Source: an uncultured Alistipes sp. (GTDB lineage: Bacteria > Bacteroidota > Bacteroidia > Bacteroidales > Rikenellaceae). Taken from it: a DNA stretch of 64,000 nucleotides. Location: contig CASDZP010000002.1 of the NCBI GenBank assembly GCA_949285535.1, positions 100,054 through 164,053 of the forward strand, read 5' to 3'. Under the pieces are notes generated by a model. It was not told the DNA's origin. It saw only the letters and a list, made by a program, of their open reading frames with translations, and searched no databases. A program made the position numbers and the translations under genes. Of this stretch, positions 28,782 to 36,634 are shown piece by piece (positions within the stretch are counted from its first letter, which is position 1; every line of letters starts with the position of its first letter).

Positions 28782-29687
28782 TTACGCCGTCCAATACTTT
28801 ATGTATTCGATTACCTTGTCGCTCTCTCGTGGCGAGAAATGTTGATATTCGGGTGTGCGCCTGAACCATGTCATCTGCCGTTTGGCATATCTGCGGCTGT
28901 TACGCTTTATCAGCTCTATCGCCGTTTCAAGGTCTTGTTTGCCGTCGAAATAGTCGAACAGTTCTCGGTAACCCACCGTTTTGAGAGCGTTGAGATAGGC
29001 GTACTGATGAAGCGCCCTCGCCTCCTCCACCAATCCTTCAGCCACCATGACGTCAACTCTTCTGTCAATACGCTCATACAGCTCGGCGCGCGGCAGTTCA
29101 AGCAATATTCGTATCACGTCAAAGTTGAGTTTCCTGCTTTGTCCCGTGAGGAAAGATGAATATGGACGCTGTGCGGTTATGCACACCTCAAGCGCACGGG
29201 TGACACGCTGGCGGTTGCCTCTGTCACATCGCTCATAATATTGCGGGTCAAGTTTTTCGAGCATCTCCAGAAGAGCCTCCATACCGCCACTCTCATACAG
29301 AGCGTTAAGTTCCTCTCTGACACCCTCGCCAGCTTTGGGTATGTCGTCGAAACCGTCGGTCACGGCGTCTATATAGAGACCCGAACCGCCTGTCAGTATG
29401 ACATATTCATGCGTCTGAAACAGTTTTTCGATGATTGCGAGAGCCTCTTCACGATAGTCACCGCAGCTGTAACTGTCGAATATCGACTTGTTGCGTACCA
29501 TGTAATGTTCCGCCTCGGCGAGCTGTTCGTCGGTGGGGGCGGCTGTACCTATACGCATCTGGCTGTATATCTGACGCGAGTCGCACGACACTATGGGCGC
29601 GTCAAAAGCCTTCGATACGGCGATTGCCGTATCGGTCTTGCCCACACCTGTGGCTCCCGCTATCACTATCAGCCTCTTATTCATCAT
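28782..29687 (-). CDS. miaA: tRNA dimethylallyltransferase
   Basis: About 301 aa from ATG 29687/29684 (MMNKRLIVIAGATGVGKT P-loop). The track ORF extends to 29813, but that part overlaps the upstream gene. Confidence 0.9.
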   Translation of the reverse strand: MMNKRLIVIAGATGVGKTDTAIAVSKAFDAPIVSCDSRQIYSQMRIGTAAPTDEQLAEAEHYMVRNKSIFDSYSCGDYREEALAIIEKLFQTHEYVILTGGSGLYIDAVTDGFDDIPKAGEGVREELNALYESGGMEALLEMLEKLDPQYYERCDRGNRQRVTRALEVCITAQRPYSSFLTGQSRKLNFDVIRILLELPRAELYERIDRRVDVMVAEGLVEEARALHQYAYLNALKTVGYRELFDYFDGKQDLETAIELIKRNSRRYAKRQMTWFRRTPEYQHFSPRESDKVIEYIKYWTA

Positions 29688-30201
29688 CCGAGTAATAGTC
29701 GTCACCCTCGAAATAGTTATAGTCGCCCATAGCCTCGTCAAAGATTGAGTTGCTGTGTCCGCCAGCCTCCTCGTCATACTGGTCGGGAGCGTCACCGTTG
29801 GCAAGCTGAACACGCGGATAGTCGAAACCGCCTTTGGCTTTGTATATATCCATAACCTCGAAGAACAACGAACGGTCGCCGAGCTGGTCGAAAGTATATA
29901 TAAGCCTGTCGCCCTGCTCTTTGGCTATCTGCATCAACATGACGTTATCCATGGTCATCGGACCGTGCGCACCCTCGACATCGTCATCATCGAAACCCAT
30001 GTCTATCGAGGTGAACTCATAATGTTTCTCCCACTTGTCATCAGAAGTGAAAAACGAGCTCAACTCGTGCGGGTCATATCCCAAATCCTCGCACACAAAG
30101 TCGTGCAGACGTTTGAGCGAGATATCGCTGTTGACCTCGTAGTCACGCAGAAAATTATCGTCTTCGTCGCTCAGCACCCTGAGCTTCATCACTATATCCA
30201 T
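29677..30201 (-). CDS. acidic hypothetical protein (possibly pRiA4b ORF-3-like fold)
   Basis: 174 aa, very Asp/Glu-rich, ending in a DDYYSDDE tail. Its stop overlaps the miaA start (ATGATGAATAA). The family suggestion is from memory only. Confidence 0.55.
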   Translation of the reverse strand: MDIVMKLRVLSDEDDNFLRDYEVNSDISLKRLHDFVCEDLGYDPHELSSFFTSDDKWEKHYEFTSIDMGFDDDDVEGAHGPMTMDNVMLMQIAKEQGDRLIYTFDQLGDRSLFFEVMDIYKAKGGFDYPRVQLANGDAPDQYDEEAGGHSNSIFDEAMGDYNYFEGDDYYSDDE

Positions 30202-30227
30202 ACTTTTACGTTTTTATCATGCAGGTG

Positions 30228-31244
30228 TCATTCACCTCTCAAAAATTCCATTATGTCTCTCCCGTCGGGATACTCCCACGGGTACGGTCTCTGCGCCCTT
30301 CCGAAACTGACGCACGGAACGCCGCAATCGGTCGTCATGCCGTCACCGTTCCTGCGCACAAGACATTGAAGTCTGTCGGCGTCCATTTCGAGCTGTCGTC
30401 CGAGACTTTCGGGCGTGTCATATAAAGAGTATGTCAGCTCTCCCGTCTCCGATGAATCGAATCCCTCGGTTAGCAGGAAGAAACCGCCGTCACAGAAAGG
30501 AAGCCCCTCCATTCCTTTAACAGCCTTCAGCTGTCGGTAGTTATTGACAAAAGGCGTATGCGTCACCGCCTCCATGCTCTCGCCCGCTTTTCGGGCAAAC
30601 GATGCCGCATCGACCGTAACGGGCAGGTATAAATGCGTAACGTTACGACAACCGAGCGTGAAGTGCGTGAATATATCCTCACAAAGCGATGACATCTCGT
30701 CTCTGCTCTCATCACCCGTTATTACGGCGGCGGAGATACGGTGTCCCCGCAGAAGCAACCGTTTGTCGCCGTACCGTTCTCTGAACAGAGCCGCCGCGGC
30801 ATCACCTCCCGAGGCTATCACCGCGTCAGGTTGTCCGCTATCCGTGAGACTGTCTATATCGACATCAAAAGTCGTCCTTATCGTCTCCTCAATCCATGAC
30901 ATCAAAGCGTCATCCTTTCTCGAACGTTTGACAAGCGTCCTGCCTCCGACTATGGCACAACACAACAGGTCAAAAAAACCCGCCATAGGTATATTGCCCG
31001 CCATTATGACAGCCGTACACCCGCTATTGGTGAAATCGTCATATCCCGTCAGCCACCGACGAACTATATCAGGGTCGAGCATGTAGCATACGATTGCGTC
31101 GAGCGCATAATCCACACCCCGCCTCGTAAACCACACGTTCTCCACGCATGCCCGTTTCATTACATCATCGGGCACACCTTTTGAGAGTATCTCCCTTAAC
31201 CGTTCTACTCTCCCGCCTATTCTGTCATAGAGCGTACCGACCAT
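30228..31244 (-). CDS. LuxC-like acyl-CoA reductase family protein (function unknown in Bacteroidetes)
   Basis: 338 aa. Its start ATG overlaps the kdsB stop (TAATG). The family assignment rests on recalled similarity and is unverified. Confidence 0.55.
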   Translation of the reverse strand: MVGTLYDRIGGRVERLREILSKGVPDDVMKRACVENVWFTRRGVDYALDAIVCYMLDPDIVRRWLTGYDDFTNSGCTAVIMAGNIPMAGFFDLLCCAIVGGRTLVKRSRKDDALMSWIEETIRTTFDVDIDSLTDSGQPDAVIASGGDAAAALFRERYGDKRLLLRGHRISAAVITGDESRDEMSSLCEDIFTHFTLGCRNVTHLYLPVTVDAASFARKAGESMEAVTHTPFVNNYRQLKAVKGMEGLPFCDGGFFLLTEGFDSSETGELTYSLYDTPESLGRQLEMDADRLQCLVRRNGDGMTTDCGVPCVSFGRAQRPYPWEYPDGRDIMEFLRGE

Positions 31245-32008
31245 TACTTACCGAAAAGGTCTTTATATTCCCGAAGCACAAACGCCAAATCTTCAGGCGT
31301 ATCGATAGCGTGCGACTGGCAGTCGGTTACAGCTGTTCTTATGCGGTAACCGTTCTCAAGCCAGCGCAGTTGTTCAAGCGACTCCGCCTGTTCAAGCTCA
31401 CCCGCAGGCAGTGCGCAGATACGCGGAAGCACATCACGTCTGTAACCGTAAAGGCCTATATGTTTATAGAACGTCCTGCTCTTCTGCCACTCTCCCTTAT
31501 CCTTACCACGCAGGAAAGGAACGACACTTCTGCTGAAATAGAGCGCGTCACCGTTAACCGCCCTTACGACCTTCGGTGTATTCTCGTTAAAAATATCCTC
31601 GTTATCGGCAAACGGTTTCACCAGCGTCGCAAGCATCGTCTCTGAATCATCAAAACAGCTTTTGATAAGCTCCAACTGCGACGTATGCACGAAAGGCTCA
31701 TCACCCTGCACGTTGATAACCACATCGAACTTCATGCCGTAAAGCTTCTCCGCCTTATCGCATGCCTCATTGGCTCTCTCCGTACCGCTTCTGTGCTTAT
31801 CGGACGTCATAATGACATCGGCACCGAAACCGACACCCGCAGCCTCTATTCTCGAATCATCCGTAGCTATCACACAATGCTCAAAACAACTCGAAGCCCT
31901 TTCCCACACGTGTCTTATCATCGGCTTACCGAATATATCCGCCAACGGCTTACCCTCAAACCGACTCGACCCATACCTCGCCGGTATAACTGCCAGAAAC
32001 TTATTCAT
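31244..32008 (-). CDS. kdsB: 3-deoxy-manno-octulosonate cytidylyltransferase
   Basis: 254 aa from ATG 32008 (MNKFLAVIPARYGSSRFEGKPL). The track start at 32035 is a TTG lying inside the predicted -7 box. Confidence 0.9.
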   Translation of the reverse strand: MNKFLAVIPARYGSSRFEGKPLADIFGKPMIRHVWERASSCFEHCVIATDDSRIEAAGVGFGADVIMTSDKHRSGTERANEACDKAEKLYGMKFDVVINVQGDEPFVHTSQLELIKSCFDDSETMLATLVKPFADNEDIFNENTPKVVRAVNGDALYFSRSVVPFLRGKDKGEWQKSRTFYKHIGLYGYRRDVLPRICALPAGELEQAESLEQLRWLENGYRIRTAVTDCQSHAIDTPEDLAFVLREYKDLFGK

Positions 32009-32032
32009 CACTGTTATTTTATTTATGTTATG

Positions 32033-32040
32033 CAAAAATA
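32033..32040 (-). promoter_or_regulatory. candidate -7 box (TATTTTTG) of kdsB operon
   Basis: The plus strand reads caaaaata, which is TATTTTTG on the minus strand, 25 nt upstream of ATG 32008. Confidence 0.45.
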
Positions 32041-32053
32041 CTTTTTTCTTTTT

Positions 32054-32112
32054 AAAGATATAATTATAGGGGATGATTTTATCGGAAAATCATCCCCTAT
32101 AATCATATCTTT
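32054..32112. repeat. 59-bp hairpin/palindrome (27-bp stem, 1 mismatch, 5-nt loop)
   Basis: aaagatataattataggggatgatttt / atcgg / aaaatcatcccctataatcatatcttt, checked base by base. The single mismatch is 32062 against 32104. Confidence 0.9.
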
Positions 32113-32160
32113 TAACGAAAAATATTTTCACACAACATAATAAAATACATGAAAATAATG

Positions 32161-32402
32161 TCTCCCGACAGGCTCTCCGAGGGGGTTCCGACGGGGCTCC
32201 GACGGCGCCTTCCGCGGGAGTTACTTTGTCCCTCGACAAAGTAACCAAAACGAGGGGGCACAGCCCCTTTTGTCCATGTCATATTCATTTGGCTCATTAT
32301 CTTCCACGAAGTCAGCATCATAAATTCGTATCGCCTCCGAAAAATAAAAATGGAGAAAAGAATGTAACGGGGTACGCTAATCAACTTGTCGGAAATGATA
32401 AA
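32161..32402. repeat. repeat element E, copy 1 (core 32220-32319; GC-rich 3x ccgacgg tail 32161-32219)
   Basis: The 48-nt block 32220-32267 is identical to the reverse complement of 32651-32698 and to 42027-42074. The 29-nt block 32291-32319 is identical to the reverse complement of 32599-32627. Confidence 0.9.
32245..32402 (-). ncRNA. candidate sRNA 1 (about 158 nt), encoded by repeat copy 1
   Basis: A TAATTTTG -7 box at 32416-32409 on the minus strand points into the repeat. The transcript would end at the hairpin ggggcugugccccc followed by cguuuu (32267-32247). It is a paralogue of the 32514-32672 candidate. Confidence 0.35.
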
Positions 32403-32408
32403 AAAGTA

Positions 32409-32416
32409 CAAAATTA
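32409..32416 (-). promoter_or_regulatory. candidate -7 box TAATTTTG (minus strand)
   Basis: The plus strand reads caaaatta. No CDS lies downstream, only repeat copy 1. Confidence 0.4.
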
Positions 32417-32499
32417 GGGTCAGTTTTTGAACGAATTTGATGAATAAATTAAGACAATTTTGTAAAAAGTCGGGGGTATTTATTTTTTATTCTTTTTCA

Positions 32500-32507
32500 T
32501 ATTTTTG
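32500..32507 (+). promoter_or_regulatory. candidate -7 box TATTTTTG (plus strand)
   Basis: Matches TAnnTTTG. No CDS lies downstream, only repeat copy 2. Confidence 0.4.
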
Positions 32508-32513
32508 CCAATG

Positions 32514-32672
32514 TCTCTTAATAAGAGAATAAGGATTGACAGGTTGGCAAGCGTACCCCGTCGTTTCCTTTTTTACTATGCGAGGCGAGTGCTGTGAAGA
32601 TGCTGACTTCGTGGAAGATAATGAGCCAACTGGGTGTGACATGGTGGGAAGGGGCTGTGCCCCCTCGTTTTG
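32514..32672 (+). ncRNA. candidate sRNA 2 (about 159 nt), encoded by repeat copy 2
   Basis: The promoter box is at 32500-32507. The terminator hairpin ggggctgtgccccc (32651-32664) is followed by tcgtttt. It shares conserved blocks with candidate sRNA 1. Confidence 0.35.
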
Positions 32673-32710
32673 GTTACTTTGTCGAGGGACAAAGTAACGC
32701 CGTCGGCAGA
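32514..32710. repeat. repeat element E, copy 2 (inverted relative to copy 1; core 32599-32698)
   Basis: See copy 1. The outer end tctgccgacggcg (reverse complement of 32698-32710) is shared with copy 3. Confidence 0.9.
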
Positions 32711-32722
32711 CATATATTGATA

Positions 32723-32884
32723 ACAGACTCCCCAAAGGAACGGTAATGATAGAATTTGAATAACCAACATTACACACAAATACGAAGAGAGGTGGAAAAT
32801 AGTCTGATTTTCCACCTCTCTTCGTATTTGTGTGTAATGTTGGTTATTCAAATTCTATCATTACCGTTCCTTTGGGGAGTCTGT
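32723..32884. repeat. 162-bp perfect palindrome (78-bp arms, 6-nt spacer) containing the 3' end of the biotin-carrier gene
   Basis: Arms 32723-32800 and 32807-32884 are exact reverse complements (78/78), checked by hand. Confidence 0.95.
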
Positions 32885-33185
32885 CGCCTGTGTTGATGTT
32901 TACAGCTTTGACTACGCCGTCAACGTCCGACTTAATCATGCTGTCCATCTTCATGGCTTTGAACAACACCAAATCGTCGCCTTCTGACACGGTGTCGCCG
33001 ACCTTAACCTTTACGTCAACGATTGTGCCGGGAATGAAGTTCACGACCTGTTTGGGGTTTGCGGGCTCCCACGGTTTACGTCTGCGGTACGTTTCGGTGA
33101 ATCTCATCGTCTTGAAATCACCGTGCATCGTACCAATAACCTCATATGCGGGGGTCGCAGTCTCTTCCGTTTTGGTTTTAGCCAT
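32844..33185 (-). CDS. biotin carboxyl carrier (biotinyl/lipoyl domain) protein
   Basis: 113 aa with the biotinylation motif EAMKM-like (FKAMKMDS). It lies downstream of the carboxyltransferase gene. Confidence 0.85.
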   Translation of the reverse strand: MAKTKTEETATPAYEVIGTMHGDFKTMRFTETYRRRKPWEPANPKQVVNFIPGTIVDVKVKVGDTVSEGDDLVLFKAMKMDSMIKSDVDGVVKAVNINTGDRLPKGTVMIEFE

Positions 33186-33278
33186 AATTCAGTTTTTTAT
33201 TAAAAAATTAGGTTAAAAAGCGTGGCGGGCAACAAATACCCTCACGCCCTGCAAAGCCGTCCTCCTGACGACATGCCG

Positions 33279-34820
33279 CTAAAACGGAGGAATACCGTGT
33301 TTCTTCTGGGGACGGAGAACTGTTTTGTTCTTAGACACCTTGAGCGCGTGAGCGACAAAACGGCGTGTCTCGTCGGGTGCGATAACCGAGTCGATGTAAC
33401 CTTTAGCCGCTGCCACATAGGGATTCGCGAACTTATCCTTGTACTCCTGAATCTTAATCTTACGCATCTCTTCGGGGTTCTCTGACTCCATAATCTCTTT
33501 CTTGAAGATGATGTTGGCAGCGCCGTCGGGACCCATAACCGCGATTTCAGCCTGAGGCCATGCGAACACGAAGTCTGCACGGAGGTGACGAGAACCCATT
33601 GCGATGTAACCGCCACCGTATGCCTTACGCATTATGACGGTAATTTTGGGAACTGTCGCTTCGCTGTAAGCATAAAGCAGTTTCGCGCCGTGACGGATGA
33701 CACCCGCATGCTCCTGGTCGATACCGGGAAGATAACCGGGAAGGTCTTCGAGAGTCACGATAGGAATATTGAAGGCGTCGCAGTAGCGGATGAAACGAGC
33801 CGCCTTGTCAGAAGAGTCGCAGTCGAGCACACCTGCCATGACAGCGGGCTGGTTGGCAACGAAACCTACGGTCTCGCCCTCAACACGACCGAAACCTACC
33901 ACGATGTTGGCAGCGAAGAGCTCCATAACTTCGAAGAAGTCGCTGTCATCGGCGATAGAGCGAATCACGTCGCGCACATCATAAGGAATTGTCGGGTCGA
34001 GAGGAACAATCTTGTCTATCTTGAAACGTCTCTTCGGTTCGAGTGTCTCTTCGGGAGTAGCTTTCACGCTGTTGTTGGCGGGAATCATCGAGATAAGTTT
34101 TCTTATCTGATGGAAGCACTCCTCTTCGCTTTCTGCGAAGAAGTGGGCGTTACCTGCCACTTCGCTGTGAACACGTGCGCCGCCGAGGTCTTCTTTTGAG
34201 ATTTCCTCACCGAGAACGGTCTTGATAACTTCGGGACCTGTGATGAACATATTCGATATTTTGTCCACCACGAATACGAAGTCGGTCAGCGCGGGAGAAT
34301 AAACGGCACCGCCGGCGCAGGGACCGAGGATAACCGAAATCTGGGGGATGACACCGCTGGCGAGGGTGTTACGGAAGAATATCTCACCGTAGCCTGCCAG
34401 AGCGTTGACACCTTCCTGAATACGGGCACCGCCTGAGTCGTTGATACCAATCAAGGGGATACGCATGTTCTGCGCGTAGTCCATGATTTTGGTTATCTTT
34501 CTGGCGTGCATGTGACCGAGTGAACCGCCAGCCACGGTGAAGTCCTGTGCGAACACGGCTATCGGGTTGCCGCAGATGCGACCGGTACCGATGATTACAC
34601 CGTCACCGGGAAGCTCTTTGTTCTGCATGCCGAAATCGTGAGAGTCATGCTCTACGAAGATGTCATACTCGTGGAAAGAGTCTTCGTCCAGAAGAGCTAT
34701 GATTCGCTCGCGCGCGGTGAGCTTACCCATCGCTTTCTGTTTCTCGATGGCTTTGAGACCGCCACCGAAGAAGATTTTCTCTTTCTTCTGCTCTAATTCT
34801 GTAACTTTCGATTTTGTCAT
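33279..34820 (-). CDS. acyl-CoA carboxylase carboxyltransferase subunit (propionyl-CoA carboxylase beta / methylmalonyl-CoA decarboxylase alpha type)
   Basis: 513 aa. Typical PccB/MmdA sequence throughout (…GGGLKAIEKQKAMGKLTARERI…, …DSGGARIQEGV…). Confidence 0.9.
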   Translation of the reverse strand: MTKSKVTELEQKKEKIFFGGGLKAIEKQKAMGKLTARERIIALLDEDSFHEYDIFVEHDSHDFGMQNKELPGDGVIIGTGRICGNPIAVFAQDFTVAGGSLGHMHARKITKIMDYAQNMRIPLIGINDSGGARIQEGVNALAGYGEIFFRNTLASGVIPQISVILGPCAGGAVYSPALTDFVFVVDKISNMFITGPEVIKTVLGEEISKEDLGGARVHSEVAGNAHFFAESEEECFHQIRKLISMIPANNSVKATPEETLEPKRRFKIDKIVPLDPTIPYDVRDVIRSIADDSDFFEVMELFAANIVVGFGRVEGETVGFVANQPAVMAGVLDCDSSDKAARFIRYCDAFNIPIVTLEDLPGYLPGIDQEHAGVIRHGAKLLYAYSEATVPKITVIMRKAYGGGYIAMGSRHLRADFVFAWPQAEIAVMGPDGAANIIFKKEIMESENPEEMRKIKIQEYKDKFANPYVAAAKGYIDSVIAPDETRRFVAHALKVSKNKTVLRPQKKHGIPPF

Positions 34821-34992
34821 CTTTATTTACCGTTTGGTAGTGAATAAGTCGAAACCGTTACCTGTTCCGACACCATAATTTATCGCAATATTAATAATTT
34901 ATTACCGTCATTCCAAATATAAGCTCCAAAAAGCGCCTTGCGAAAAGCACTTTTGGACTACGCGTCGGCTCTCGGAACGACATTTTCGGCAC

Positions 34993-35823
34993 CTATTCAA
35001 AAACAGAGCCATGCACAAACATGCCCTCAAACAAGCCGTCCGTCACAAGAGGCGTTCGGCTCAAAGCGAAGATTGCGCTTCCCGAACCTGACATCGACAC
35101 ATAGAGGGCACCTCTCTGATATAGAGACTCCTTTATCTGTGCCAACAGCGGCAAACGGTCGAATACGCTCGCCTCGAAATCGTTTGCGAGCATATCGCGC
35201 CACTTTTCTACTGGTTGTGACAGAATACCGACCAGAGATTCACGGCTGTCGCAAGGGGTCACGCCCGCATACGCCTCCGCCGTGGAGACGCCCTCGTTTG
35301 GCTTGACTATTGTCAGGCACAGCCCCGAAAGTTTCTCTTTCAGGGTCGGCACGGGTGTCATAACCTCGCCACGTCCCGTGCATAGCATCGGTTCGTCACA
35401 GGCGAAGAAAGGTATATCGCTACCTATTGTCGCCCCTATCGCCGCCATCTCCTCGCATGAGAGCGAAAGCGAATAGCATACCGACAGAGCGCGTATCACC
35501 GCCATGGCGTCAGAAGAGCCTCCGCCGAGCCCCGCGCCGAACGGCACCACCTTATGCAGGTGTATTCGTGCGCCTCCTATTGTCGGATAATGTTTCTTAA
35601 CCGCGTTGTATGCCTTCACAACCAGGTTTTTCTCTGGCGGAGAATCGACCGTGAGGCCTCCCGTGGTCAACTCCACCACACCTTCGGGGCGCGGAACAAG
35701 CTCAACGGCATCACACAGCGACGGAACGGCGACCATGACTGTTTCGATGTCATGATAACCGTCGGGGCGACGTCTCAATATGTTCAAACCGAGGTTTATC
35801 TTACACGGAGCCGCGTATATCAT
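34993..35823 (-). CDS. ispE: 4-diphosphocytidyl-2-C-methyl-D-erythritol kinase
   Basis: 276 aa, GHMP kinase. N-terminus APCKINLGLNILRRRPDGYH and motif PFGAGLGGGSSDA. Confidence 0.9.
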   Translation of the reverse strand: MIYAAPCKINLGLNILRRRPDGYHDIETVMVAVPSLCDAVELVPRPEGVVELTTGGLTVDSPPEKNLVVKAYNAVKKHYPTIGGARIHLHKVVPFGAGLGGGSSDAMAVIRALSVCYSLSLSCEEMAAIGATIGSDIPFFACDEPMLCTGRGEVMTPVPTLKEKLSGLCLTIVKPNEGVSTAEAYAGVTPCDSRESLVGILSQPVEKWRDMLANDFEASVFDRLPLLAQIKESLYQRGALYVSMSGSGSAIFALSRTPLVTDGLFEGMFVHGSVFE

Positions 35824-35856
35824 CGCTATGAGTCTGTTTTGAAGGTTCGATTAAAA

Positions 35857-36303
35857 TTATTCGGCTTTGACTACGGGCACAGCCTCGAATATGGCTATCA
35901 CCTTGCCATCGTTCTGAAGCATGAGGTTGTCACCGTCGAGGGTGTAAGAGTCTGCCTGATTGATAATCTGCATGAACTTATCCTCATCCTGCTGATTGGG
36001 GCACATCATCCGTGTAGACCCCATGCCTGAGAACTCGAGACGGCGTGTTTCGACCTCCTTATACTGACCGAAGTAGCGGTTGCAGTCGCCACGACCGAAA
36101 ACACGACCTTCCGTGGCGTCGAATGTTATTGTGTAAGAGTCGTCTTCCGAAGCGGTCAGTTTCTCTCCGTTGTTCAATTCCACGAGTTTCCATGTGTCAG
36201 AAACGAGTGAGTGATTGAGGCTCTTGCCTTTACCGCATCCGCAGCATGATCCGAGCATGAGAAGAAACGCTGCCGCTCCTGCCGCTACAATACCTTTTTT
36301 CAT
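35857..36303 (-). CDS. META-domain lipoprotein (HslJ-like)
   Basis: 148 aa with a lipoprotein signal (LGSCCGC) and the META pattern WKLVELNN...GDCNRYFGQY. Confidence 0.75.
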   Translation of the reverse strand: MKKGIVAAGAAAFLLMLGSCCGCGKGKSLNHSLVSDTWKLVELNNGEKLTASEDDSYTITFDATEGRVFGRGDCNRYFGQYKEVETRRLEFSGMGSTRMMCPNQQDEDKFMQIINQADSYTLDGDNLMLQNDGKVIAIFEAVPVVKAE

Positions 36304-36603
36304 GATTGACTTACATTTTTAGTTTCAACAAACGGTTTACGGACAAAGCGTGTCCGCAAACAATCGGCGAATATATCCGATGAACACTCCGACACTTTCA
36401 AAAATCATGCCTTCGGGTTCAACAAAATTCGCGTTGTCAAATGCAAATATACTATTTTAAACAATACGCCGCACATTTCGTACAAACAAAGCCGCCTCTT
36501 CGCTTCGGTCACTCCGAGTTTAAATACGTTTTGTGCCGACAGGTCAAAGAGCATGTCACTACCCTTTCGTGCTGTTTTTGTTTTTTTTCACGCTCTAATT
36601 TAT

Positions 36604-36611
36604 TACCTTTG
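36604..36611 (+). promoter_or_regulatory. candidate -7 box (TACCTTTG) of ridA
   Basis: Matches TAnnTTTG, 24 nt upstream of ATG 36635. Confidence 0.4.
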
Positions 36612-36634
36612 CTACAATCTAAAACATAAAAACA

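Noticed and set aside
32220-32698. Invertible promoter switch (shufflon-like) delimited by the inverted E copies.
   Set aside because: No recombinase gene is nearby. The segment between the repeats carries two symmetric outward promoters, so inversion would change nothing obvious.
32112-32851. Track ORFs 32112-32411(-), 32226-32417(+), 32487-32777(-), 32576-32851(-), and 41912-42139(+), 42033-42221(+), encoding peptides such as …SLDKVTKTRGHSPF… and …RRRYFVPRQSNQNEGAQPL….
   Set aside because: The same peptides appear on both strands because the DNA is an inverted repeat. They span hairpins and terminators and have no start context. They are by-products of repeat element E and the palindromes, not genes.
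32723-32884. Diversity-generating retroelement (template/variable repeat) as an explanation for duplicated gene 3' ends, here and at 41821-42007.
   Set aside because: The copies are inverted and contiguous rather than direct. No reverse transcriptase gene is in the window. The copy here is identical, and the mutS copy differs only outside the coding part, with no adenine-specific pattern.
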